Part shown: positions 10,799-23,907 of the stretch, one piece after another
Layout: each line of letters begins with the position of its first letter
Position numbering within the stretch: position 1 is the stretch's first letter
Assembly: GCF_036321535.1 (NCBI RefSeq)
Contig: NC_087437.1
Span: 117,802,001-117,866,000, forward strand
Source: Camelus dromedarius
Lineage: Eukaryota
DNA length: 64,000 bases
Reading direction: 5' to 3'
Program-made: the position numbers and the translations under genes
The notes under the pieces: model-generated
The model's database searches: none
What the model was told of the DNA's origin: nothing
What the model saw: the letters and a program-made list of their open reading frames with translations, nothing else

Positions 10799-11340
10799 AA
10801 AGCAAAAAGCAGACCACAACCTTACCAACACCAAAGGAATGTCCAGCAGTGAAGTGGAAGACAAATAACCAAGATGCGGAGATTAGAATGTTTACTATTA
10901 TTCCTTACAAAATGAACAACTACACAAGGAAAGTATCAGCCATTTTTTCCAGGAACCTGAGATCCTGGGAATGCCTTCAAGAACAAGAGAGCAACCACCC
11001 CAGTTTCAACCACCAATAGATTTATATTTTAACCCTGGTCTGTACTGTTTTGGTAATATGAATTGAAAGAATAAAAATTAACACCACATGGGGAGACCCC
11101 CAGTGAAAGAAATCTGAAATATATACTAAATGTTTTTCTCCCCCCCCCTTTTTTTTTGTTCATTTTGGATGCTGTTGCTAAACTTCCAAATGTCGTGATT
11201 TTAAAATAAATTGTATGCCCTTCTTATTTACTTCTAGGATGAGGGGAGGATAACATTTTGTTTTCTTTCCTGACTCTCTTTGAAAATGTGCAATATGAAG
11301 TTTCTCAAAAATAACATTTTACCCTTAAAAGGTAAAAAAA
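10799..11340 (+). pseudogene. YBX3: Processed retrocopy fragment, 3'UTR only, YBX3 (CSDA/DbpA)-like
   Basis: Collinear blocks match my recollection of the human YBX3 3'UTR: aaagcaaaaagcag.ccacaacctt, ccacatggggaga.cccca, aaagaaatctgaaatatata, ttctaggatgaggggaggataacatttt, gactctctttgaaaatgtgca. It ends with a degenerate poly(A) signal (aataac) and a short A7 tail. Recognised from memory, not database-checked. Confidence 0.75.
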
Positions 11341-11559
11341 TATCCTGCTGCTCTTATAAATGTGTAGCAAGACATCACATGTTCAATGTGCAGAACTGTC
11401 TGTTCATAAATCAGGCAGGGGGCTGAGCACTCCCAAAGTCAGTTACATGCGCTTTGTAGCCCTACTGCTCCTTAACATCTGCGGACCAACTGCATTTCCC
11501 TGCAACTCCTGCCACACCTCTCAGTTCAGACTCTGTCAAGTGGACATTTTTATCCATGC

Positions 11560-11960
11560 CTCACTCCATCTCTACCTCTCCCCTCCAGATGGTGAACTCC
11601 ATGAGGTCAAAGATCATGTCTCAATTGTGTAGACCCAATTGTTGGCATGTAGTAGCTGATACATGTAGTCATGTGAGACTAAAATTCTGGAACTTCTATC
11701 CAAGGAAGGGTGTTTGAGGCAGAGAAGGCAGCACATTCAAAGGCACGGAGGTATACAGTGTGGATCATGTGAGCAACTGAAGGTTGCTCCATACAACTGG
11801 ACTGCAGAGAAAATGTTGGGAAAGGTCAAGACTGGGGCTTGGGGCAGACCATGAAGGACCTTCTAGGCCAGGCCAAGGTGTCTAGATTTAACATGAAGGA
11901 CATGACAATCTATTTAAGAATTCTAAGTAGGAATCAAATATCCAATTTTTTCATACATTG
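11560..11960. mobile_element. L2 fragments (3' end on +, then an antisense fragment)
   Basis: aactccatgaggtcaaagatcatgtct...ggcatgtagtag is L2 tail-like. ggcagaccatgaaggaccttctaggccaggccaagg is typical antisense L2. Confidence 0.55.
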
Positions 11961-12082
11961 TGGTCAAAGAACATATCCCATATAATGCATTTTATTTTAT
12001 TTTTTCTTGTTTGAAATGGAGATTTTCCTTAATCTTTGATGTTCTGCTATTAACTTCATTAATCACACTGTTTAGGACCTCT

Positions 12083-12180
12083 TTGCCTGCCTGCTTGCCT
12101 GCCTCCCTCCCTCATCTTCCCTCCCTCTCTTTTTGTTTGTTTGTTTCTCTTTCTCTATTTCTTTTCTCTCTCTCTCTCTC
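12083..12180. repeat. Pyrimidine-rich simple repeats (CCTG, CCCT, CT)
   Basis: Seen directly. Confidence 0.8.
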
Positions 12181-13229
12181 CATTTTTTAAGAGAAGTTTA
12201 AGTTTCATAGCAAAATTGAGGGAGGAGTATAGAAATTTACCATATGCTTCCTGCCCCTTCCTTATTTTTGTTCAGTTTGATCTGCCAGAGGTGGAGAGGC
12301 ATGTGCTGAAACCCCTCTGCATTCTGTTTCTTTGACTTCCTGTTGTATTCTAGCAGGGTTTCTTATGTTCGGATACCACAGTCAGTATAAAGCCCTCCTA
12401 CCACACTCAGATTATCAGCTCTCCATTTGGTCAATATAGGACCATCCTATTTGTCTAGATAAATGCTTTCTTCCTGGGATTCTGTTTTGTTTGAATCAAG
12501 ATTGCATTGCCTGCCTTTTTGTGCATTCATTTCCTTGACATGCCTTTGCCCATCATTTCTGAGAAGCACTGTTTTCTCCTCAAAGGCTTTTTGCTTCCGA
12601 TGTGGCAGATTCTCTGAGGTACAAAGAAGAGACGTGTTCTTGGGAATCTTCCAGGTACCGAAGCTCTTCTGAGCTCTTTACCAAGAGGAGAAGACGGCCT
12701 CTGTCTCTCTGGTAATAAAGGATCCACTTCATCTGACAGACTTGCTCTATCAGACCTCAATGCACTTGAATTGCAGCAGTTGATGCAGCAGGTTGAGCTA
12801 AGCCTCCTGCTACTCAGATAGTCAATGACGTTGGCAGAGTGCTCAGGAATACCAGATGCCCAAGGATGAATCAACAGCTTCCCTACACATCAGCCATGGC
12901 TCCCTGGGCATTACTATGGTGGGAATATGGGGGATCACATTTCCTTGTAACAGCATGAACACACACTCAATTTGTCATATTTTTCTATTGAATGCTGTTA
13001 CATGTATTCTCATAATTTATTAGAAAATATTTCATTTTTATAAAAAGAAATAGAGAATAATAAATGAATATCCATATGCCCAAATAAACATTGTCATCAT
13101 GTGACCCTAGATGACTGCTTATCTTTACTTTCCTGACCCTCAAGGCCATGTGGTGTGGGGGCTATGCAGTGAGAAGAAACGAGGATATTTATTTACCAAT
13201 GCAATATTCCCATGTGACTTCCTTTTTCT

Positions 13230-16068
13230 TTGCAGACTTTTTATAGAGTTTCAGGTTTACATTATAATTGAGAGGAAGGTAGAGACGCCCCACATACCTC
13301 CTGCTTCCACCTGCAGAGTCTCTCTTATTACCAATATCGCTCATCGGAATGGCACATTTTTACCAAATGTACCTACATTGGTAAATGTAGAATGAACCTA
13401 CACTGACACACCATTTTCACTCAAAGTCCTTAGTTCACCTAAGAGTTCACTCTTGGTATTGGACATTTGTGAGTTTGCACAAACATATACTGACATGTAT
13501 CCAACATTACAGTACCATTCAGAGTATTTTCACTGCCTTAAACATCCTGTGTTCTGCCCATTCATCTCTCTCCCCTGCCCACCCCGGCAACCACTGAGCT
13601 TTTTACGTTTTACTGTTTTGCCTTTTCTAGAATGCTATACAGTTGGAATCACACAGTATTTAGCTTTTTCAGATTGGCTTCTTTCACTTAGAAATATGCA
13701 TTTAAGGTTCCTCTGTGTCTTTATGTTTTGATAGCTCATTTCTTTTTAGCACTGAATAATATTCCACTGTCTGAATATACAACAGTTTATCTATCCACCT
13801 ACTGAAGGACATCTTTATTGCTTCCAAGTTTTGGCAATTATGAATAAAATGGCTGTAAACATCCATGTGCAGGTTTTGGCATGGGCATAGTTTTCAACTC
13901 CTTTGGTAAATACCAAGGAGCTGCAACTGCTGGATAGTGTGGTTAAGGGTATGTTTAGTTTTGTATAAACATCTCATACAATGCATGAGAGTTTCTGTTT
14001 CTCCATATCCTTGTCAGCCTTAGGTATTGGCAGTGTTCCGTATTTTGTCCATAATAATAGGTGTGTAGTGGTATCACATCATTGTTTTAATTTGAATTCC
14101 CCTGATGACATAAGATGTAGAGAATCTTTTCATAGGCTTTTCACCATATGTATATTTTTTTTGGTTAAGTACCTGTTAAGATATTGGATCCATTTTTAAA
14201 TTGGGTTGTTTGTTTTCTTATCGTTGACTTTTTAAAAATTCCTTATATATTTTGGATAACAACTCTTTATCAGATTTGATTTTTGCAAATATTTTCTGCC
14301 AGTCTGTGGCTTGTCTTCTAATTCTTTTGATATCATCTATCACAGAGCAGAAGTTTTTTAATTTTAATAAAATCCAACTTATCAATTAACTATTTTCATG
14401 GTTCGCATCTTTGATGTTATATCTAAGACGGCATCACCATACCCAAGGTCATGTAGATTTTCTCTTATGTTATCTCTTAGGAGTTTAATAGCTTTGTATT
14501 TTACACTAACGTCTGTGGTCCACTTTGAGTTAATTTTTATGATGACTGTAAATTCTGTGTCTAGATTCCTGTTTTTCGCAGGTTAATGCCCAGTTGTTCC
14601 AGTGCCATTTGTTGAGAAGACCATCTTTGTCCCATTGTACTGCCTTTGCTCCTTTGTCAAAGATCAGTTGACTATATTTACGTGGGCCTATTTCTAGGCT
14701 CTCTATTCTGTTCCATTGATCTATTTGTCTTTTCTTTCACCAGCACCACACTGCTTTGGTGACTGTACCTTTATAGTAAGTCTTGAAGTCAGGCAGCATC
14801 AGTCCTCCAACTTCATTCTTCTTCTTCAATATTGTATCAGTTATTCTGGGTCTTTGCCTCTCCATATAAACTTTATAATCCGCTTGTCAATAACCATAAA
14901 ATAACTTGCTGGGACTTTGATTTGGATTGCAATGAATCTATAGAGCAACCTAGGAAGAACTTACATTAACAAAATTGGGTCTTTCTATCCATGAACATGG
15001 AATATATCTCCATTTATTTAATTCTTTGATTTTGTGCATCCCAGTTTTGTAGTTTTCCTCATATAGATCTTGTATTTACTTTGTGAAATTTATACCTAAA
15101 TATTTCTGTTCTTTGGATTCTAATGTAAATGATACTGTGTTTTTAATTTTAAATTCCTAAATGTTAATGTTACGTATATAGGAGAGCAAATGACTTTTGT
15201 ATATCAACCTTATATCCTGAAACCCTGTTTTAATAACATTAGTTCCAGGACTCTTTTTGTCCATTCATCCAGATTTTCACAAACATGTCATCTGCAAACA
15301 AAGGCAACTTTGTCTTTTTTCTTCATTTAGATACCTTTTATTTCCATTTCTTATTTTATTGCATAATTTAAAACATTCAATACAAGAGTGGCTAGAGGGG
15401 ACACACTTATCTTGTACCTGGTCTTAGTGGGGAAAGCTTTGAGTTTCTCACCATTAAGTATGATGTTGGCTAAAACTTTGTTTTATAGATTATCAAGTTG
15501 AGAAAGTTCTTTCTATTTCTAGTTTACTGATTCACTGAGAGTTTTGTCACAGCTGGATGCTGGATTTTTGTCAAATTTTTTTCCTACATCTATTGATATG
15601 ATGTGACTTTTCTTTTTTAGTCTATTGATGTGATAGGTTACATTAATTGATTTTCAAATGTTGAACCAGGAATAAATACCACTTGATCATGGTGTACAGT
15701 TCTTTTTATAGTTTTTCGATTCAGTTTGCTAACATTTTGTTGATGACTTTGCATCTATGTTCATGGGAGATATTGATTACTAGCTTTATTTTCTTGTAAT
15801 GTCTTTTTCTGGTTTTAGTATTAGGACAATGCTGGTACGGCATTCCCTCTGCTTTTATTCTCTGAAAGAGACATGGAGAATTGGTATAATTTCTTCATTC
15901 AATGTTTCATTGCGTGCACTGGTGAACCACTCTGGGCCTGGTGCTTTCTTTTTGGAAGGTTATTAATTATTGATTCAATTTATTTAATAGATATAGGTCT
16001 ACTCATATAATCTATTTCTTCTGTTGTGAGTTTTGTCAGATTGAGTCTTTCAAGGAATTGGTCCATTT
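13230..16068 (-). mobile_element. Old L1 (L1MC-like 3'UTR plus decayed ORF2)
   Basis: gaacctacactgacacaccat...gagttcactcttggt is L1MC-type 3' sequence, followed by about 2 kb of recognisable antisense ORF2. Confidence 0.85.
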
Positions 16069-19000
16069 AGCCTCATTTGCCCAGGCAGAGACAAATTAGG
16101 GTGAGTAAGAATGGAGATAACTGATTCTACTGCATGGCACATGCCCAAAGCTCATGACATGCCAGCCACAGGCAGACATGCGGTGACCACGCACCACCCT
16201 CTGCCAGGTATGACAGCATGTCTGTACTTGAACCTGTGGGAGGCCTTATTAACTCTCATCTTGCCAGAATGGTTTTCCCTTAAGTTTTACCTCAGCTCCT
16301 GCACTGTACCCTCAAAACAGAGTTTAAATTTCCTTTCTTCTTCCTATCTTTTGCACTCAAAAGTGAACCTTACACAAATTCATTAAATTTGTTTAATGTA
16401 ATGTGTCTTAATTTATATATCTATCAATCTAAAGAGGAACTAATCTTTAGACTTCTTCAGATTTGTGTACTGGTCGAGGGAGTATACAGTGATAACAATT
16501 AGGGGCCCCAGGAACCAGAGAGATAAGGTACTTGTGACGTAGCCCATGCTGGCCTAGAGCAGAAATACGTACGCATAGTAGGAATTCTTAGCCAGGGTTC
16601 CACCGATCCTTAGGGAATTACAAATGGAACTCCAAGGTTTGATTTTGGGTCAAAGCAAGAAGCTGTAGTTACCCTCTCATGCTCAAAGGGGTCTATGACC
16701 TCCAAATTTCCAAATTTTTGCTCTAAAGCCACAGATTGGCCCAGAGAACCAAAGTTGGCTGTGACCTGACTATAAACCTATCAAGGAACCTAGAGAAAGA
16801 GAGTGTCCATATGAAGGAGATTGACAGCTAAGAAAAGAGGACAAATGAACACAAAGAAGGTGCTGTCTATGTTCCTTCCAGAACAGAGGAATCCTGACCC
16901 CCAAACGTCAAGCATTAGGGTCAGATTGGCAACACATCCACAGCGGCAGGCAATGCAGAGCAGCCAGGCTGACCAGTGCGATTAAATGCTATGTTTCTGT
17001 TTCTAGTGCCTCTGTTCTGATTCTGATTGTGCCCAGCCCTCTCTGGCGGTCCTCTGGCTTCGATGTGGGGCTGATTTGAGGACAAATCCATGTCAGTGCA
17101 CAAAAACAGTCCCGAGCCAAGGAGCACGGGCTGTGGCAATCCCACCAGGGCATGAATGACAGGAGGAGGTGACATCTATAGCCCTTGGCATTCCTGCGGA
17201 GGGAGCACCTTTCCTAGGAACTTCCCTGACTGTGTGACGCGTAGGGATGCTACACAGTGACGAGAACCTATTACTGTTTGAAGACTTGACACTTATATGG
17301 ATCTTTAATGACTAGTGATGAACTTTCTTGAGATCAAAACAAAGATGCCACTTTAAATGCACTTTAAGACCTTTGTCCCTCTTTCCCAACAATATCCTCA
17401 AGGCAAATCAATCCCATTCATTTCCCAATGAAACTAGTAAGTTAAATCGCTCAGGCAATCAACACAGTGCCAGAAGGGAAGACACAGTGAACTTGGAAAC
17501 AAAGCTTGAAAATGCCCCTCATGCCAACACTTTCTGTTGAGTATCAGGATGCCATCCTCACCAGGAAATGCTTTCAAGCCAACTGCTGCTGCATTTCTTT
17601 ACGGCCGTGAGAATGTGTATCACCACGGGAACGAGAAGACACACCCCTCTGCAGAGTTTAGGCTGCTTCTTTGGCTTCTCATCCTTCTCACACAGGAAGA
17701 CATCTAGTTTGTTTCCATGAGGAATTTAAACATTTTTCCCTGGATGCGCCATCTTCTCTTGAGTCTCAGTGTTCATCCTTAGAACCTCTGAAGCCCTGAC
17801 TGCGCAGTGCCGCCCCCTCCCACACCCCACAACATTCTGCCAAGAAACTCAGTCCCCAGACCCTCTTTTTGGCACTGTTTTTTCTCCACCATGATTTTCA
17901 AGAGTGAGAAGGCTCAGGCCAACTGCAATTCACTGTCCCAGACACCAAAGTTGCCATGACTTTTGCTGAGAGCTGTTTCAGGGCCTTAGAATGCAGAGTT
18001 CCTGAAGTTCAAAGCAACACCCAGGGAATACAGATATTCTGATCTGATGGAGGCAACTCAGGGGACCCCACACCCCATTAACCCTTCACGCTTCTGGCCA
18101 CTAACAGGCAGCAGTGTCAGCCTCATTGGTGAGGGGCTCCCCCAGTCTTGCTGTGCAGTGGCCCAGCATCTGGTACAGACCCGGGGCACACTGCTGCTGA
18201 ATGAATGCATGGTGGGGGCATGAGTTCTGGGCAATCCACAGTGACTGATGCCCTTAGATCCGTGTAAAGATGCTATGAACTTGAGTCCAGGGGACGTTGT
18301 GTTGGGAGCAGAGAGTTGGCTCTGGGGTCCAGAGACCTGGCTCTCTGCTGGGGCTGCCTCTCCTGCTGTGGGAAGCACCTGCGGGGAGCCCTTCACCGGC
18401 CAGTTCATTTGTACAATCTGGGGCTTGACCGAGTGGCTGTAAGGTCTTTCCCGCCAGGAGATGCTGACTTCGTTTGGCACTTTCAGCCTTCTGCCAGATG
18501 GGGTTCCTGAAGGAGTCATCCCACATTGGGGGTAAGTAAGGCGTCCACTTTAACAAAGGAAAGGGTAACTGCCCAGCTTTACATGGGTCCAGAGCTGGCG
18601 TAAAAGCTCAAGCAATACAAACAGAATAGAGATCTGCACTCATTTCACTTAAGCTGGTGTGAACCCTCAGGACAGTCTCTGTACAACACGATGTTAGTTT
18701 AATATTGTTTCCTTTATTCCCGAGTAAAGATCTCAAAGCTCTTTAAAAGAAATGAGATGGGGTCCATCTCATCTCTTATTTGAACAATAGTAGTTTACTG
18801 AATATTAGATGATTAAAACGTGGCTGGCTAAGCAAAAAGACCAAATCAAGAATAAATTACTACCATTTGTCTGTTTGCTTTACAGAAAAGATAAAGCTGA
18901 CCCTTTTTTCCTCCTTTTTTTAAAAAAACCTCTATGTTTGTATTCAAGACTCTCTTCAGAAGGACCCAGCCATTAAAATGCATTTCATTGCAATACTCGT

Positions 19001-19710
19001 TCTGCAGAATAAGTGATAAGCTTAAGTGAGCTGAGGAAAGCCATCATTTCGTTTGGGCTCCTATCAACATCATTCCATTTTTAATGAAATTTATATGAAA
19101 TCAGTTGCTTCCTGAAAACTCTTAAAAGATGTCTAGAGGCGAGCTCTGCTGATTCTAGAATCTTGTTTGAAATCACTGAGACACATATGTGGCTGTCCAT
19201 AACCAGCACTTCCTATTAATCTATAATCAGTTACAACAGTGAGAGCGGGGTGTGTGTGAAAAGATGTCCATTAACAGCTTAGAATTAGATTTACGTGACC
19301 GTGAGTGAAGTCACTCAAACAGTTAATCACAGGAGAGCAGACAGCACTTTGCTTACAACACAGCCCAGGGAGCACCCAGGAGCGAGGCTGGGGGACCCCT
19401 AATGCAGATGACCAGGGCAGCCTGTGCATGAGGAAGCAGCTCTGTGTGGGGACCTCTTGCCTGGAGCTGCTGCCCTGTTAGAATGTGGTGGCAGAGACGA
19501 GACAGCTTGGCAGCACTAGATGACAAATGTCTCTTTCTGGCTGAGAATTAGCATCATTTGCCTTATTTTTCAAAGTCAGTTTCCATAAGGGGAAAACAAA
19601 GATCACTGGGTCTGAAAACTGAACAGAACCAATGATCCCCCACTACGCTGGGAAAGGGTCCAGTGGATAGATTTCTCTCACACATCCTTTCTTAAAGAGA
19701 ACCTCTCTTA

Positions 19711-20176
19711 TGTGGTATATTTATACAATGGAATATTACTCAGCCACAAAAAAGAATGAAATAATGCCATTTGCAGCAACATGGATGGACCTAGAGATTA
19801 TCATATTAAGCGAGGTAAGTCAGACAAAAACAAATATTGTATGTTATCACTTATATATGGAATCTGAAAAAAATGATGCAATTCTACTTACAAACCAAAA
19901 ACAGACTCACAGACATAGAAAATAAGTTATGTTTACCAAAGGGGGAAGTGAGGGGGATAAATTAGGAGTTCGGGATTAAAAGATACACATTACTATATAT
20001 AAAATAGATAAACAACAAGGACTTGCTGTATAGCACAGGAAACTATATTCAATTTCTTGTAATAACCTGTAATGGAAAAGAATCTGAAAAATATATAAAT
20101 GCATGTATATGTATAACTGAATCACTTTGCTGTATACTTGAAACTAACATTGTAAATCAACTACACTTCAATAAAG
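19711..20176 (+). mobile_element. 5'-truncated L1 3' end with decayed 16-bp TSD
   Basis: Peptide [40 protein letters not shown] aagagaacctctctta (19695-19710) vs aagaggacatctctta (20177-20192). Confidence 0.9.
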
Positions 20177-20437
20177 AAGAGGACATCTCTTACTCCTTTC
20201 TTAAAAGTGTTGTGAAGATTTTCATCACTTCAAGACTGCTTCATATTCAGCAACTCAGAAGGCAACATATATTCATAATATTCTATTATATTTGTTTATT
20301 ATTTTTTCCTGTGGTTTTTTTTTTTTCAGATAAAAAAATGAAGTCTTTAGGGGAGGAGATTATGGGGGGTTGAGCACTGGGCTGGTTGGCTTGTTTTACT
20401 TTTGTAAAGAAACCTGGGACCCAAAGGCACAGAATCT

Positions 20438-20650
20438 TTGGGATTAACAGATACACACTACTATACATAAAACAGATGGACAGCAAGGACCTGCTGCACA
20501 GCACAGGGAACTATATTCAGTATCCTGTAATAGCCTATAATGGAAAAGAATCTGAAAAAGAATGCATATGTACATATATAATGTATGTATAACTGAGTAA
20601 CTTTGCTGAACATGTTAAACACTGTAAATCAACTATACTTCAATTTTTAA
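20438..20650 (+). mobile_element. 5'-truncated L1 3'UTR with perfect 15-bp TSD
   Basis: Homologous to 19970-20170. TSD aaaggcacagaatct at 20423-20437 and 20651-20665. Confidence 0.9.
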
Positions 20651-20782
20651 AAAGGCACAGAATCTACTCTTTCATGTACTTATTTTTCTTTTTTAACTAG
20701 TGACAGGTAGTGGAGAGGGAAAGAAACGAGGAGTTTTACCAAAGCTAGCTTCACAGATACTACCTGTAAACAGGAGATATTT

Positions 20783-20890
20783 GCAGGGCTCAGCACAAAA
20801 TGAAAATGTGGAGCCCCTTGTTCAAAACTATTAAGAATTTTCAGACAACGACAGCAGAGCGTTGGTTGGAGCACATGCCAGCCCTGCTTG
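20783..20890. mobile_element. MER45-like hAT DNA transposon remnant
   Basis: Motif caaaatgaaaatgtggagccccttgttcaaaa recognised from memory. Confidence 0.55.
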
Positions 20891-22989
20891 TAACATGGTA
20901 GCCTTTCAAGATTCTAGAACATGTTTTGCTTTTGCAAACTTTGTTCCTGCGCTGTATTCCATGACCACGGAGAGCACAGGGCGATGGCAGCTGAATTAGA
21001 CCGTCAACTCTGGAGGAGAAAGAGATGAGGCAAAGACAGAGAGGAACTCTCTGTCCAGCAGCCACTCCTTATCACCCCATTAGTTCCCCCGTGTCATACA
21101 GAGGGCCCACGGTGGCAGTGACCCCCACAAGGAGCAGAGGGAGGGATCTCTCGGGGGTCTACCTGGCATTTCCCATCCGTGATGCTCAATTTAGCCCTGT
21201 CAACCTCAGAATGCCGGGCCGAGGGAAAGCAGAAATCAATGGCCCTCTGTGCCCTCATGAATTCTTATTTTCACATTTAGACAACACCTGGGGGAGACGA
21301 TTTCTCAGCTGGTGTGCTGCCCTATAGACACTGACCGTTCTCTCATCATGGCCTGACAACCTACCTCTTTTATCCTACAGGCTCCAGCAGAACAGTTATT
21401 AAAATTCACAGTTTTGCTGCCGTCAGCTATCTCCCATTTAATCACTTTCTTAAGACACTGTGCCTGTTCTGCGTTTCGTTTTTCATTATGCAGTCCTAAG
21501 GGGTGTCAGAGATAAACTCTGAAGGAACAAAAGCAATATAAACGATGAAGGAGTAGCTGTGGAGGTAGGAGCCCTGCTCGGGTGGCAGGGGGCACCAGGG
21601 GTGGGCAAGGCAGGCCAAAAAACACAGAGGTGATCAGATGTGCATTCTGGAGCAGGCCTCACTTTTCTCCAGCAGCCAGTGGAGAGGTGGACAAAAGCAG
21701 GGTTTTAAAAAGCAAGACCAGTCAGGGCTGTCGTGATTTGCATGCAGAAATGTTTGAAATTCTGCCCGGACAATTATTTAACAAGACAGCACTCAGCCCA
21801 CTGACTGCCGAGGGCCAGACCTCACCAAGAGTCGAACAAGGCTCCAGGAGGTGATGGGAAGGACCCCCAGAGGGACAAAGAGGGCGAGCCTGCTTTCCAC
21901 CAGCTTCCTCGAGCTCACTCCCTTCCACCCCGCGGCAGAGGGTGCCCCGTTGCCCGAGGGCCCCCAGCTGCCTCAGAATAGCTGGGAGGGAGAATCAGCA
22001 AAGGATTGCTCCAGCGACTTTCAGCCGATTTACTGGCACGTGTGTCTTGGGGCTGTTGCCACCAGTCGGGGTAATGACACATGATGGGTGATTAAAGGGC
22101 ACGTCCTTAAATCAAAGCTGTGCCAATGGTTGGGAAAGGCAGCAAACAGCTCTGGGAGCTAGCTCACCCCTCCAACAGGAGGACCTCATGAGGACAAAAA
22201 GGGGCCTGTCATCCTAAAAGAGCGAGCCTCCCATCTGAGAACCTTCTCCTGTTTGCAGGAATTCCTTGAGCTCCTCGGGGATGCCTGAGAGAAGAGGGGG
22301 CTGGGAGAGCGGCCAGAGCATCACAGCTTGCCAGGCATCAGCACAGCACAACCTCTGCAGACCCCAACTCCCCGCCTCCAACCCTCCCGCAGAGGCCTGA
22401 GGGATGAAGGGCAGTTGCCAGGCAACAGTCCTGGAGCACAGCCTGCCCCTCTGTGTCTCTCCTTCCAGGTGGGTGCTGGCAGGGAGGGTGGCCTGAGCCA
22501 TTGGAGCTCATAATTCCTCCTTTCCCTTGATCCCAGGAGTCCAGAAGTGAGGAAAATATGGTACCTGGGCCTGTCCAAGCAGGTAAATGAATCTCTGGAC
22601 TGCTGTGGGCTCCACATCCCTCATCATTCAATGATGCTTGCAGCTTTCATGACGACCTAGCCAGGATGGGGGATGGGGGCAGTGGAGAAGGAACAATCTT
22701 CCAGTTCGGACAAGATCCAGGTTCCTGCTCTTTACAGGGTCATCAGGAGGCATCTCCAGGGGGTCTGAGTGAACAGGGGTCCCCTACCCACTTTCCCCTC
22801 TCCCAACAAGGAGCAGGGCCAACCAAAGCAGAGGCCCCAGCCAAACAGGACCTGGGGTGGGTGGGTGTGCGCCGCTAAGGACTTGGTGGCGATGGAACTA
22901 ACATGGAGGAAAAGCAGAGCACTGATTAAGACTCTGAAGAGCAGAACTGGAAAAACAGGCGGAAGCCTTGGTGAGCGGCCTGGAAGAAC

Positions 22990-23250
22990 AAAGGTTAAAC
23001 CTCAGCTCCTTCACTTCCTGCTGTGTCGGGACACTGAATTTTTAATGCTAAAACCGAGAATGTCAGGCAAACCAGGACAGCTGATCACCCTGTATGTGAC
23101 CTTGAGTCCATCTTAACCTTCAAGAACATCAGTTTATCATCTGAACCAAGGCAAACAGATGACTGCGGTGCTGTTGGAAATCAGCATATAAATATATTGA
23201 AAATATCTAGCATGTTTCCTAGAATAGTGTAGGAATTCAATAGTATTGTC
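22990..23250 (+). mobile_element. MIR interrupted by a MER96-like fragment (about 23025-23091)
   Basis: MIR core tgtgaccttgag...cagtttatcatctg. The insert aatgctaaaaccgaga...caaaccaggacagctgatcaccctg resembles MER96. Confidence 0.5.
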
Positions 23251-23274
23251 CAAAATGACGGTCATGATATTTCA

Positions 23275-23350
23275 GTTAGAGTAAGATGCCTGTAAATGTG
23301 GTGAGTTCTCTGCCAATGGATGCATTCAAACCAAGGCTAGATGAGATTCT
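23275..23350 (+). mobile_element. L3/CR1 3' fragment
   Basis: gtggtgagttctctgccaatggatgcattcaaaccaaggctagatga resembles the CR1/L3 3' consensus. Confidence 0.45.
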
Positions 23351-23907
23351 TCCCCGGTTGCTGGAGGGAGCTGAAGCCTCAAGCAGGACCAGGGGACTGG
23401 GTGAGGTCCCTTCCTGCTGGGGAGTCCAGACTTCTGGAATGGAGGATCTGCTGTGTTGCAAACAAGGACACACGTGGAGCCAACGTCCCAGGAGGTTCCC
23501 GGAGGTTGTCTGTGACGGCAGCTGTTCCTCTGAAGTGTGGGGTGGGCTGGGTTTCCAGGGGCAGGAGTGAGGCAAAAACTCTCTTTGTAGCCTGGGATGC
23601 CCAGACTTGAGGTCACAACTTCACAGGGAAGGAGAGAGATCTTGTGCGACCACTGCCTGATGGAGAGGAAGGGGGATCCCCTGGCCTGGAAGGGGCATGC
23701 TGCCCATTGGTGGTGAGAGAACCCAGAGGTGGCGCTGGCTCCGGAGCACAAGATCCTAATACTGCTAGAACCTGCATCAAGGGCTGGGCCTCCGAGCCAG
23801 GCCACTCAGCACTGTTGTCCTTCAGGGGCACGAGGCCTCCACGTGGACACAGGTCTCAGGCCTGGCAGAGCTGTTGTGAGTAAACACTGTGGTCTCCTTG
23901 TTGATTT

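Noticed and set aside
11341..11348. tatcctgc as a TSD partner of tatctgc at 1344-1350
   Set aside because: Too short, needs an indel, and the left copy overlaps L1-derived bases.
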